From the IMG/VR virus record IMGVR_UViG_3300034073_003245, positions 1-64,000 of that record: a DNA stretch of 64,000 nucleotides; one strand, written 5' to 3'. How positions within the stretch are numbered: the stretch's first letter is position 1; each line of letters starts with the position of its first letter. Shown one piece after another: positions 48,992-59,300 of the stretch. Source of the DNA: a virus. The translations under genes were made by a program, and so were the position numbers. The notes under the pieces were generated by a model. It was not told the origin of the DNA and did not search any database. It worked only from the letters and a program-made list of their open reading frames with translations.

Positions 48992-49335
48992 GAAATAACC
49001 TGCGCCCTCACATTGGCGTTTAGAGTACGCATTGCGTCTATTGATGTACGCAATGACAATAGTTTTTCGCGCTTTGACTTTAGGAGTGCTTCGGCAATTT
49101 TGAAGTCAAAGTTTTCGTCGGCAAGTTTGTAGTCAGCCCACGCTTCTCTCTCTTTAATTGACCCTTTGGCAGAGAGATACTCTTTTGCCCAGTTTGATTT
49201 GTAAAGTGCTTCTTTTTTAGCCTGATCTTCTGCGAGTGATTCAAAAGCCTCTGTCTCCTCTTCAAGTAGGCCTATCAGCCTGGTTAACTCATGCTCAATG
49301 TCAACTTGGCTGATCGGTTTGTTTCTATTTATCAT
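48988..49335 (-). CDS. Coiled-coil protein, UvsY-like
   Basis: Helical; GSIKEREAWAD...RTLNANVR; lies in the recombination module. Confidence 0.45.
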   Translation of the reverse strand: MINRNKPISQVDIEHELTRLIGLLEEETEAFESLAEDQAKKEALYKSNWAKEYLSAKGSIKEREAWADYKLADENFDFKIAEALLKSKREKLLSLRTSIDAMRTLNANVRAQVIS

Positions 49336-49868
49336 TTTTCTCCAAGCAGAGTATCTAGCGGGGACCAATCTATCTTTTCCAAAGAAGACAGTTGCTCCTT
49401 GGTCCAACTGTATTGTGATTCACCAATTTTTACAATCCCCATTTCCCTCAAAACCCACGCATCACATTCGTCATCAGCGCTTCCTCCACTAAACAAGATC
49501 CCGGTCTTTGAAGAGATTGCGGATATGACTTCAGACTTTCCTGCGTTGCCTTTTCCGGTGGCAAATTTCGCCCTAGATGTAGGCGGTATGTCAATGAACG
49601 GAATATTTGATTCCCACAAAAGCATCCGTATGCATCCACCTAGTTCTCCAATGCTGTGCGCTTGGGAATTTCTTGAAGCAAATGAATAACTTTCAATTAT
49701 TACAAGATCAATATTTAAATTTTCGCACAATTCAATCACGCCACGGCTAACCGCAGAAAGGCGTGATGCTCCCCGCAGAGTCGTTTTAATGACTTCTGTT
49801 CCAGCGCTTGTTGATATCCCTGTTGAGGTCAAAGAAGGGTCTATGCCGGCAATATTGATTAATCCCAC
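49332..49868 (-). CDS. ruvC: RuvC-like Holliday junction resolvase
   Basis: GIDPSLTSTG, VIIE, K.ATGKGNA.K, DDECDA. Confidence 0.85.
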   Translation of the reverse strand: MGLINIAGIDPSLTSTGISTSAGTEVIKTTLRGASRLSAVSRGVIELCENLNIDLVIIESYSFASRNSQAHSIGELGGCIRMLLWESNIPFIDIPPTSRAKFATGKGNAGKSEVISAISSKTGILFSGGSADDECDAWVLREMGIVKIGESQYSWTKEQLSSLEKIDWSPLDTLLGEK

Positions 49869-50158
49869 GAATGTCTCGCTAGACCAAGATCAAAAGCCAA
49901 TTGCGGATTGTCCCCTATCCGCCTATGACAAGGCCTGCAAACGGCAAGGAGATTGTCTTCATCAAGAATTGAGCCACCCTGAGAACGCCGTACAAGTTCA
50001 TGGATGTCAACTGCCATTTGGCGCGTGTAAACAACCTTGCCATCGTGTTCGGCAAAAACAGGGCACGCTTCGCAGAGCGGACGCTCTTCAAGCAGTCTCT
50101 TGACAAGTGGGCGTCTAAGCCGGTATTCCGCTTCTTTTTTCTTTGACCTGTATCTCAC
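49859..50158 (-). CDS. HNH endonuclease-like protein
   Basis: CEAC...DIHE..RRSQGG....NL..VCRPCH. Confidence 0.75.
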   Translation of the reverse strand: MRYRSKKKEAEYRLRRPLVKRLLEERPLCEACPVFAEHDGKVVYTRQMAVDIHELVRRSQGGSILDEDNLLAVCRPCHRRIGDNPQLAFDLGLARHSWD

Positions 50159-50178
50159 AGGGCGGATACTACTACTCG

Positions 50179-50685
50179 TTAGAGCGAGTCTCCGGATATG
50201 TCGTCAAATTCCCACTTGTTATTGAGTGCTGCCCAGAGTGCTCTGTCAACTGCGGTGTCTTCAAGATCAAACTCTTTCAACATCTGACGATGAGTAGCGA
50301 TTGCTCGCTTGAAGAACTCAACTTGCTCCCACCCGTCAGACTTGATTTGAGTTCCAGTTTCAATCATCATCATGACGTCATCAAGGCGTCTATTGACGTG
50401 AAACTTAAATCTGTCAATCTTGATTATTTTGCCCTGGTATGCCTTCGCTGCCTCTCGGGCTAGTTTTTCTCCGCTACGCCCCATTGACAAATACCGGTCA
50501 GCATCTGCTTCGGCATCCTCCTTGATGTTTTCAATTTGGGCATCAAGGTTGTCAATGAGCATCAAAAGAGCGTCTTTCCAACGGCCCCAGTTTTGGGGCT
50601 CAAGAAGGATCGCCCTCTGGCTTGGGGAGAGTTTGTTTTTTACCTCTTCCGCAACCATTCTGGCAAAAGTGTCGTCATTAATCAT
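50179..50685 (-). CDS. Hypothetical helical protein
   Basis: Coupled ORF. Confidence 0.55.
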   Translation of the reverse strand: MINDDTFARMVAEEVKNKLSPSQRAILLEPQNWGRWKDALLMLIDNLDAQIENIKEDAEADADRYLSMGRSGEKLAREAAKAYQGKIIKIDRFKFHVNRRLDDVMMMIETGTQIKSDGWEQVEFFKRAIATHRQMLKEFDLEDTAVDRALWAALNNKWEFDDISGDSL

Positions 50686-51464
50686 TATTCCCACGCTGGA
50701 CATATTTTTTTGTATGAACACCATCCGCACAAGACGGATTTAACTGGTTCAAATTCCTCCGATTCGCATTTCTTGTCTATTTCTTCTTTTGTCTTGACAA
50801 CTGTTTCCTCAACAGATTCAAGTTCTATTTTTGTAACACTCTTATTGAACTTAACCCCATCTTTTAGATAAAGAAGTTCAACCTCAGTTGCTGTCCCCAG
50901 ACCTATTGATTCCAGCAAATGAGAATAAACAAGGAGTTGGAAAAACTTATCCCCGACCCACTTTTGTTTCGGTGTTTTACCTGTTTTGTAGTCAGAGATA
51001 ACGAAAGTTTCGTCATCTTCTGATTTGCTGTACCTATCAATAAAGCCTTTAATCCTGACGCCACCTATTTCACCGTTAAGTTCTGTTTCAATGCCGGTTG
51101 GCGAGACGTATTGTGGATTTTCAATCTTCCACAGGTTTTCTATACACCACCAAGAGTTCCACCTGAACAGACGCATTTTGTCTTCCCCGCGAACATATTG
51201 GACAACCCTGTCGTGATACTGCTCGTCCCAAACTTGCTTTGCGAGAAATTTCGCAGTTTCCTGCGTTCTGTCTTCTGGTGGAAGCGCGTACATCTCCTCA
51301 AGAACAGTGTGAACAAAATTGCCCATCAGGGTTGCCTCTGTGGGGGCGTCTGGGATCAGATCAATTTTGCTGTATTTGAACTTCAGGGGACACTGCTTAA
51401 ATGTCCCCATTGAAGACGGGGACAGATGCGGTGGCGGTGAAAACGCCAAGTTATTCCGCCTCAA
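50685..51464 (-). CDS. PD-(D/E)XK RecB/Cas4-like exonuclease
   Basis: LSPSS..CP, GNFVH, G.IDR, DYKTGK, QL..Y, C.WC.Y..IC. Confidence 0.88.
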   Translation of the reverse strand: MRRNNLAFSPPPHLSPSSMGTFKQCPLKFKYSKIDLIPDAPTEATLMGNFVHTVLEEMYALPPEDRTQETAKFLAKQVWDEQYHDRVVQYVRGEDKMRLFRWNSWWCIENLWKIENPQYVSPTGIETELNGEIGGVRIKGFIDRYSKSEDDETFVISDYKTGKTPKQKWVGDKFFQLLVYSHLLESIGLGTATEVELLYLKDGVKFNKSVTKIELESVEETVVKTKEEIDKKCESEEFEPVKSVLCGWCSYKKICPAWE

Positions 51465-52089
51465 CAGCCATCATCAGAACCTGGCCTATGAGGGCCTCAA
51501 GGTCTTCGCGATTTGCTGTCATCTTGGTTGGCTTCTGCCTATCCCCTGCGTATTCGCTCCAGAAGGAATTTAGTTGCGACTTTTGCTCCTGATTTAGGCT
51601 CTTGGAAAGAGACACGAATTGATTCCACAATTCCTCAATCACTGGGTCAATTTCATTGACAGCCTCAATCTCCATCGCCTCTTCAGTTCTGGCGAGGTAA
51701 AGGCCGATGCCGAGAGCCTGAGCAGCCTTCTTCAATGCATCGGATACAGCGCCCTTGAACTCATCGCCAAGGTCAACGATGTCACCCTGCTTGGTGCGCT
51801 TGATTTTCTGACCGCCGAAGCCGTCCTTTGTAACTGAAACAAATCTGTCTGCCTCTGGAAAGGCGACTAGGCGGACGTGGGCGACGATGAAATCGGGATC
51901 AAGGGGATCGCGCTCGCACTTGATGATTTCGTACGACCATCCGTCATAGCCGAGAACCTTGTTGAGGCGGGTAATTACTTCGCTGACAGGGATGTAGGTG
52001 AGGCTCGCACCGCCCTTTTTGAGTACGCGCTCTACCTCCTTGGGGAATGGCTCGGACAGTTTGCTGTATGTCTCAGCGCTGTTTTTCAC
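51451..52089 (-). CDS. Rad52/22-family ssDNA annealing protein
   Basis: LTYI...V..RLN.V.G..GW, KGAVSDALKKAA..LGIGLYL. Confidence 0.88.
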   Translation of the reverse strand: MKNSAETYSKLSEPFPKEVERVLKKGGASLTYIPVSEVITRLNKVLGYDGWSYEIIKCERDPLDPDFIVAHVRLVAFPEADRFVSVTKDGFGGQKIKRTKQGDIVDLGDEFKGAVSDALKKAAQALGIGLYLARTEEAMEIEAVNEIDPVIEELWNQFVSLSKSLNQEQKSQLNSFWSEYAGDRQKPTKMTANREDLEALIGQVLMMAVEAE

Positions 52090-52592
52090 TTGTCAGTACC
52101 TTTCATGTAAATAGCAATGTTTGTTTTTTCTTCACCAACTTCACAGAACTGGTCTGCGTTGATTCCGATCTTTGATAGTTCCTTCACCCGCCAGTAAGAG
52201 GGGTTGAAATACTCCAGCATCTTAATGGCGATTTCCCGTGAAGACAACACGACTTCGCCGGTGTCCATGTCAACAGAGGACTGACTGATGCGGTCATAGG
52301 TCGCTTCCATCAAAGATTTGTGATCCCACGACTTGCGGGGACTGGCTGTTTTCTTTTGAACAGAAGCACCGGCAACGTCAATTTCGGAGATGTTCTTCTC
52401 CTCCATTTTTTCCATTACCTTCTTTGAGAAGGACTCGTAGATGTCCGCTATGTCTCGCTTGATTTGATTGAGAACAACAAGGTGTTCCAGCATTTTCTCA
52501 ACATCAAGCGAATCAAGTTCATCGTTGTAGTTAAGGAAGTTGTCAAGGTTGAGAAGCATCGCTCTCAACTCAGAGGGTGTAATAAGCAACAA
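52086..52592 (-). CDS. Hypothetical protein
   Basis: Coupled ORF; VDMDTGEV, YWRV..L...GI.AD.FC. Confidence 0.55.
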   Translation of the reverse strand: MLLITPSELRAMLLNLDNFLNYNDELDSLDVEKMLEHLVVLNQIKRDIADIYESFSKKVMEKMEEKNISEIDVAGASVQKKTASPRKSWDHKSLMEATYDRISQSSVDMDTGEVVLSSREIAIKMLEYFNPSYWRVKELSKIGINADQFCEVGEEKTNIAIYMKGTDK

Positions 52593-52613
52593 ACTCTCCG
52601 TTCGTGTTAGTTG

Positions 52614-53921
52614 CTAGACGATGATACTCACCCTTTTTCTCTGCGGCAACCCAAGACCAGCCAAATATGAAAATGCACCCACAGCAGAGTCAACTTGGTC
52701 GTCGTGGTCACAGGCTTCTGGGAATGAAGAAATCTCATCAAGCCAGTCGCTGACCCATGGACCACGAACGATCCGCACGTTTCCGTTTGCAACTGCGGCG
52801 GCAAATGGCCTTGCTCTTGTGACCTTGTCCCCGGTAGACCTAATACCCTGGAAGTCATACCCTGGGACCACATAACGGGCGTATTGGTCAACCAGGGCCT
52901 TGCCGGAAGAGCCAGGCTCCTGTTCCATTCTTATGGCCACCCCATGACCGTCTTCATAAGCGGTCTGAGCCACTAACTGCTCAACCTGCTCCCCCCTGAC
53001 CCTTGCCTTACGCACATCAAGGATGTAGGCAACACCCTGGTCAAAAATCATTAGTGTACCAACGGTCCAGTCGGGATTAGGGTTTGACGCTGAGGGCTCA
53101 GTCGCCGCTAAGTCCCAAAATCTGACAACTCTTGCCGCAGATGTCACATGGGGAACTTCAGCGGGGTCAATAATTACTACAGAAGTCCGCTCAAACATGG
53201 TCCCCAGGGTCGTAGACCACCAGTCGCCTTCTTCTAGCCTTCTTCTCTCAACAGGATCAAGCGCTGACAGGGCCTGACGGTAGGAGTCGGCATCAATACC
53301 GGGGTTATCCGTCAATTTTGATGGAACAAATATTCTGCCTTTTTCTTTACCCTCAATAATAAATCTTTGCCTAACCCAGTTGGGGGCTGGGTTTGATGCG
53401 GCCCTCATTCGTAGCGGGATTTGAGAAAGAGGGCCGGTTGCCGGGCGGCGCAAACGGGAGAACAAGTATCTGTAATCAGATTCGCGAATTTCCGTCACCT
53501 CGTCCATACCGATGAACTGAAATTCAGATCCCTTGTATCGGAGATAATCGTTGGTGTTGTTCAGGTATCCGAAAGAAATTCTCGCCCCAGAAGGGAAGGT
53601 GGCAACATAACTATTCGCATTCCAGTGAATGTCCGACTCATTGTCAATCCATGACTTAAATCTGTCCATCAAAGCGCCAGGGAGAGAAAGGTCGGCAAAT
53701 GTTCTTCTAAAAAGGATTGCGGAATAGCCGGGTACATCAACATATTGAAGAGCAGACATCAAAAGGGCGGAAGACTTTCCGCCGCCAGCCGCGCCGCCAA
53801 AAAGAGCCTCAATCGCGTTTGTTCGCAAAAATACCCTTTGTGTAATGGACGCCGACTCAGGGCAATACAGAGGTTTCTTTGGTTCAAGATATTCAAGAAC
53901 CTTGTTCCAGTCAGTTGCCAT
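52614..53921 (-). CDS. terL: Terminase large subunit
   Basis: Walker A GGAAGGGKS, Walker B IGMDE, ASNP coupling motif, nuclease WDLA and HDDQVDS. Confidence 0.93.
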   Translation of the reverse strand: MATDWNKVLEYLEPKKPLYCPESASITQRVFLRTNAIEALFGGAAGGGKSSALLMSALQYVDVPGYSAILFRRTFADLSLPGALMDRFKSWIDNESDIHWNANSYVATFPSGARISFGYLNNTNDYLRYKGSEFQFIGMDEVTEIRESDYRYLFSRLRRPATGPLSQIPLRMRAASNPAPNWVRQRFIIEGKEKGRIFVPSKLTDNPGIDADSYRQALSALDPVERRRLEEGDWWSTTLGTMFERTSVVIIDPAEVPHVTSAARVVRFWDLAATEPSASNPNPDWTVGTLMIFDQGVAYILDVRKARVRGEQVEQLVAQTAYEDGHGVAIRMEQEPGSSGKALVDQYARYVVPGYDFQGIRSTGDKVTRARPFAAAVANGNVRIVRGPWVSDWLDEISSFPEACDHDDQVDSAVGAFSYLAGLGLPQRKRVSIIV

Positions 53922-53983
53922 CTAAACACTTCCTTCGCTTCATAACACAATAGAGCACTAAAATAGGCTACGGTGTAGCATGT

Positions 53984-54199
53984 ATGCGCAAGAGAGCAAA
54001 AGAGAATCTTTCAAAGATGATTGACAAATTAAGAAAATTTGGCCGCAAAATAGCAACTAGACAATTTTCTTCATACCTATTGATGGTAGGATTTATATTA
54101 TTTACGAGCATAGGCGCAGGGATTTTTTCCCCTGCCTTGGGTTTTATTGCGGCGGGTATCTCATGCGGTCTATACGGATTTCTCTTGGGTCTTGAGTAG
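53984..54199 (+). CDS. Small membrane protein upstream of the portal
   Basis: Two TM segments; a common pre-portal gene. Confidence 0.6.
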   Translation: MRKRAKENLSKMIDKLRKFGRKIATRQFSSYLLMVGFILFTSIGAGIFSPALGFIAAGISCGLYGFLLGLE

Positions 54200-54206
54200 A
54201 TAACAC

Positions 54207-56276
54207 ATGGCCTGGAACTCAACACAGAACAAGTCTCTATCCGGACAGTCTTCTAAGGCTGCAGTTGGCCCTGGGGCGCCTATTGCACAAAACCTGGCAC
54301 TTGCTGGTCGTCCGTACACTGACTCATGGGACATTGAGCGCGTTTACAAAGAGGGCATGCAGAAGGTCACCTGGGTGGCTAGGTGCATTGACGCAATCGC
54401 AGGAAACCAAGCAAGACTCCCGATTATTCTCCGAAAAGACAATTCTCCGGATGGGGAAGTATTGAGCGGAAGCAAGGCCAAAAACTCCGAACTTCTTAAG
54501 ATCCTGAATACGAAGAGCAATATCGGGGAAAACTCATTTATCTTCAGGTACAGGCTTTCATCGCAACTCCTCATGAGTTCTAGGGGCGCTTTCATTGAGA
54601 AGATCAGGGGGCGCGACGGGAGTATCGTTGGCCTCAACCTTTTGCCGCCACAAGCAACTGCACCAATACCTGATCCAAAGAAGTTTGTTGCTGGCTACGA
54701 AGTAAAAATGCCAAACGGCGGTGCCGTGTACATGAAGCCTGAAGATGTTGTTTGGGTTCGTCGTCCACACCCGCTTGATCCATACCTTTCGCTCACTCCG
54801 CTGGAGGCTGCGGGAATCGCGGTTGAAATTGAGAACTTGGCAAAGGTCTACAACAGAAACTTTCTCCTCAATGACGGCAGACCTGGAGGAATCGTTGTTC
54901 TTCGTGGCGAGATTGACGACGACGACAAAGAAGAAATAAAAAACAGATTCCGTGGAAACCTAACAAAAGCGGGTCAAACAACAGTTATTTCCTCGGACGA
55001 TGGAGCAGACTTTGTAGACACTTCGTCAAGCCCGAGAGACGCTGCCTACATACAAATGCGCCAGATCACCAAAGAGGAGATTCTCGCTTCCTTTGGTGTT
55101 CCTGAGTCGGTCATCGGCAATGCCTCGGGCAGAACATTCTCCAATGCTGGCGAAGAAATTAGAGTCTTCTGGAATGAAACAATGCTCCCCCATCTTGAGC
55201 CTCTCGCTAGGGCTCTTGATGAACTTGATGAGCAGTATTACGTTGACTTTGACACAAGCCAGGTACCTGTTCTTATTCTCTACGAACAGGAGAGAATGCG
55301 TTACATCAAGGAAGAACTTAGCCAGGGGCTTATCAGCGTCAACGAATACAGGATTGCCGCCGGCATGAAGGAAGTTGAGAGCGATCTTGCCGACTCACTT
55401 CTGATGAACCCAAACCTGACCCCCATTGCAAACACAAAAAAGAAGATGGAGGAGCAGACGCAGGCCCAGGTCCAGGGGCCCCCAGGAATGCCGGGGATGC
55501 CCCCAGGCGCTCCCCCGGGGATGCCGCCCGGAATGCCGGGAGCAGGTCCGGTCGGAGCGGGTGGTCCACCGGGGGCGCCAGATCCAACGACCATGGAAGG
55601 CGCAATGCAACTCGCCGGACAAACCCAGGCAATGGCAGAAGATGCTACTGGCACAACAGACCTTCCACCTCTTCCAGTCGCAGAGCCCGAGGTTGCTCCC
55701 GCTACCGCATCAGCACCTTCGGGCGGAATACAGACGAAGTCTGAAGATGAGTGGGACAAGAAGATTAAGACAACATTTAACAGGTGGACAGAAATCCTTG
55801 ACAGAAGCCTTGAGAGGGTTTTTGAGCGCCAACAGAGAGTCGTCCTTGAAAAGGCAACTGGCGCAAAATCTAAAAAACAGATAGAAACCGGTTTGCTGGA
55901 TGTTGATTCAGTTTTCTCAATTGACACTTGGGATAAGCAGATGGACGAAGACATCAAGCCAGTTCTTTCTGCAATCATCAATGATGCGCAAGAAACCTAC
56001 GCAGAAAAAAGCCTCATCAAGTCTCACATGAAGAAAGAGGACATAATCGCCCACATTGACTCTCAGATGTTGAGAATCAAAGCGATTAACGAAGAAACAT
56101 CCTCAGAGATCAGTAGCGCAATTTTTGCTACACTTTCCATTAGGGACCCCGAAGAGCGAGCAACGGCACTTAGGAGCGCTATTGTCACAACTTTCACCAA
56201 TCTTCTGGCAAAGAAGCGTGGACAAATTGCTGAAGACGAAGCCCGTCGTGCCTGGTCAGTTGGTGCCCAAATATAA
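54207..56276 (+). CDS. HK97-family portal protein with Pro/Gly linker and C-terminal extra domain
   Basis: WVARCIDAIA, NF..N...PGGI, EEILASFGVP, ISVNEYR; MPGMPP linker. Confidence 0.9.
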   Translation: MAWNSTQNKSLSGQSSKAAVGPGAPIAQNLALAGRPYTDSWDIERVYKEGMQKVTWVARCIDAIAGNQARLPIILRKDNSPDGEVLSGSKAKNSELLKILNTKSNIGENSFIFRYRLSSQLLMSSRGAFIEKIRGRDGSIVGLNLLPPQATAPIPDPKKFVAGYEVKMPNGGAVYMKPEDVVWVRRPHPLDPYLSLTPLEAAGIAVEIENLAKVYNRNFLLNDGRPGGIVVLRGEIDDDDKEEIKNRFRGNLTKAGQTTVISSDDGADFVDTSSSPRDAAYIQMRQITKEEILASFGVPESVIGNASGRTFSNAGEEIRVFWNETMLPHLEPLARALDELDEQYYVDFDTSQVPVLILYEQERMRYIKEELSQGLISVNEYRIAAGMKEVESDLADSLLMNPNLTPIANTKKKMEEQTQAQVQGPPGMPGMPPGAPPGMPPGMPGAGPVGAGGPPGAPDPTTMEGAMQLAGQTQAMAEDATGTTDLPPLPVAEPEVAPATASAPSGGIQTKSEDEWDKKIKTTFNRWTEILDRSLERVFERQQRVVLEKATGAKSKKQIETGLLDVDSVFSIDTWDKQMDEDIKPVLSAIINDAQETYAEKSLIKSHMKKEDIIAHIDSQMLRIKAINEETSSEISSAIFATLSIRDPEERATALRSAIVTTFTNLLAKKRGQIAEDEARRAWSVGAQI

Positions 56277-56385
56277 ATCTGTAAATTAGCCAAATAATTT
56301 AAAGATTTATCAATATCTTCAAATTGATACTTCCCTTCGTGCCGGTTTTTATGACCTATTATTTTTGAAGTCACCGAGGAGTCGT

Positions 56386-59300
56386 ATGTCATATAGCAAC
56401 ATTGAGTTCAAGTCAAACCCGGGCCAATTCAACATTGACGAGGCCCAGGGCATCGTTGAGTGTTTCGTGGCGGGCATTGGCAACAAAGACTCGGTAGGCG
56501 ACGTTCTTGTTCCTGGAGCATTTTCAGAAAGCCTTAAGAGAAGAAAGCCTCGCGTTGTGTGGGGCCACAACTGGAATGACCCAATTGGAAAAGTCCTAGA
56601 GATTTATGAGGTTGGCCCTGGAGACGCCAGACTCCCACAGAAGATGCGCCAGGCCGGAATCGGCGGTCTTTACGCCAAAGTGCAATTCAACCTGAATTCG
56701 GAGAAGGGTCGCGAGGCTTTTGCCAACGTGGCTTTCTTCGGCCATGAGCAAGAGTGGTCAATTGGATACAAGACCATTGACTCAATCCATGACCCAGGCG
56801 TCAAGGCGAACATCCTCAAGGAAGTTGAACTTTACGAAGTTTCGCCAGTTCTTCACGGCGCCAACCAGTTGACTGGCACAATTTCTGTAAAGTCAGACGA
56901 TCTGGCCCTGGCCGATGCAGAAAAGGGTTGGGGCATGGGGATGCCACACCACATGATGGGCATGAAGCCGCAGCAACCACAGGTCATCGTTATTAGAGAA
57001 GACGACGATGATGATGACAAGTACGAGTCTGAGAAGCCGATTTTTGCCGAGGGGCTCGCTCAGCCGATTGGCGGACAACAGCGACGTATGCTTGAAAAAG
57101 AAATCGCTGAAAGAACCGGTTCTCAAATCCGCCTAATTGAGGCGACCGAAAACACGGCAGTTTTTTCAAGAATGATGCCTACTGGCGGAACAATGGTTTT
57201 CCGCGTCAGTTATCACACCCCTGACAATTTCAGAACTTTTATGTTTGGCAAGCCGGAACTTGCAGACGGCCAAGTGACAATGCCGGGTGCGACGCAAAAG
57301 CCAAGAACGGTTGTTCCCTCCCAGATGCCATCAATGCCCATGCAGGTTAAGCCCGGCTATTCGCAAGACGAAATGGGGATGTATTCATTCCCTAAGTCTG
57401 GTGAGACGGAAAAGTCTGATCTAGGTTCCCAGATTCAGGCCATTGAGGACATCCTCATGGCTGAAACTGAGGAAAAAGTTGGCAGAACCCTCAATAGAAG
57501 AAATCTTTCAAAACTGAAGTCAGTCATGGAGAGCCTTCAAGAAATAATTGCTTCTGCTGAAAAGGAAATGGACACAAAGGGGTACGTGATCCCGGTTCCA
57601 TTGGAAGAGGCATTTAGCACCAAGCAACTTCTAGATCCAATCTTTGACTATCACAGAGTTGAGACTCAAGTTACAGAAGACGGAATTGTCATTACTTCCG
57701 GAGTTACACAGGAATTCATAGAGGCAATTGGCGTTGCCGAAAAAGCGCTCGGGCGCACGCTGAGGGGCGGCCCGGGAAAAGCGCGCCGCGCCGGGCGCGG
57801 CCTGGCGGCACGCTTTGATCCAAACGCCTGGGACGGAGACGGAGACGGCTTAGTTCAGGAAGGTACACCTTTCCAGCGTCCTGCGATTCCAGGAGTTAAC
57901 GACCGTTCAACTCGCGGAAGAGTTGACCCAGCAGCAGCAACACAGGCCTGGCAAACAGGTCAGCGCGGAATGGCTTCGCGCGGCGGTCGCCGTATCACCT
58001 TGGGCAATGCGAACCCGAATAGTTTGGGCCCGATGTACGGCTATGACCCAGAAGAGCAGGACTTCAGTTCTGAATCTTATTGGGAAGAAGTTTTTACAGA
58101 CAGCGACGATATGTTGCCGTTTTTTCAGGAATGGCTTGAAAAGGAAAAAGGCAAAGAAGCGCTCTGGCATGAACTATCAGATGATGAATTTGAAGAATTG
58201 GTTGATAAGTGGAAGTCAAGCGATGCGTTTGAAAAAGACGTAAAACGCTACGCTGAAATTCAGGCCGATGAAGGAATAGAAGATGGCGAAGCATTTAGGT
58301 CCCTATTCAAGCGGTCAACGCTTGACAAAGTGTGGGTAAGAAACGAACCCAAAGAACGCGGGATGGCATCTCGCGCCGATGTTTTGACAGATCTGGCCAT
58401 AGATAGCGACGTATCTGAAGCAATAGATTCTATTGTCAGAGAAGTGCTTGTTTATTCTGGGACAGGGGATAAAGACAAGATTTCTGACTTGGTTTCAGAC
58501 GCGGCCAGAGAGATTCTTGACTCCATTAATTTTGACTCCATCAAAGACAGCCCTGGTAAAGCAGTTTCTGATTTCAGAAAAAAACTTGTGGAAACACTGT
58601 CAGACGAGGACTTTTTGCGCGAAGCAATGAGGAAAAAGGACGCAATTAATGAGTTTGTTGATGGTTTATACGACGCCGTAAATTCTGCTTTTGAAAAATA
58701 TGAAGATCATCTCAAAAAAACTGGTGGAGACTTTGAAGACTTTGCCGATTTGAAATTTGAACTCCTTGATGACCTTGACGGAAGAGTTTCTAAAATTCTC
58801 AATTCATCGCGCAAATTATTTGGCGAACTAAAATCAAAGAAAACTGAAGACGAATATAAGTCCAGAGATGAACGTAGAAAGTTAATTGCCTCAATACGGG
58901 CAGGGGAACTTCCTAAAGACTGGAGAGGTAGAGAGACAGAAGACCTAGTGGATGGTCGTGTTGCGTATGAGGAAGCACTTGAAGAAATTGTAAACAACAG
59001 CCCAGATGCAGACATTGACGAGTTGATGTCTGACTATATTGAGGCCGTCAGAGAGGGCGCTAGGAAAAATCCGGACAACAGAGTCCTCGCAGTCCTTGCT
59101 GATGTGTACGGAGATGATGGGAAAATAACAGACGAAGAACTCAAGAGAAACCTGCAGGACGTAGCAAGACGCTCTCCATTTAACAAAAAGAGGGGCAGAA
59201 ATGAGAAAGAAGTTCTTCGCGGCATGGCATCTCGCGGTGGCGGGCGTCCTGGCGACCCGATAACCGACCAAGAGCGCAATAAGGTCAAGAGAGACAGCAC

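Noticed and set aside
50685-51464. Cas4-like nuclease as evidence of CRISPR-Cas
   Set aside because: No array or other cas genes are present; it sits with Rad52-like and RuvC genes, as in ordinary phage recombination modules.
55301-55981. Long antisense ORFs over the portal and polyprotein (also 60189..60608, 62424..62987, 63537..63971)
   Set aside because: They overlap well-supported genes on the opposite strand and show no motifs.
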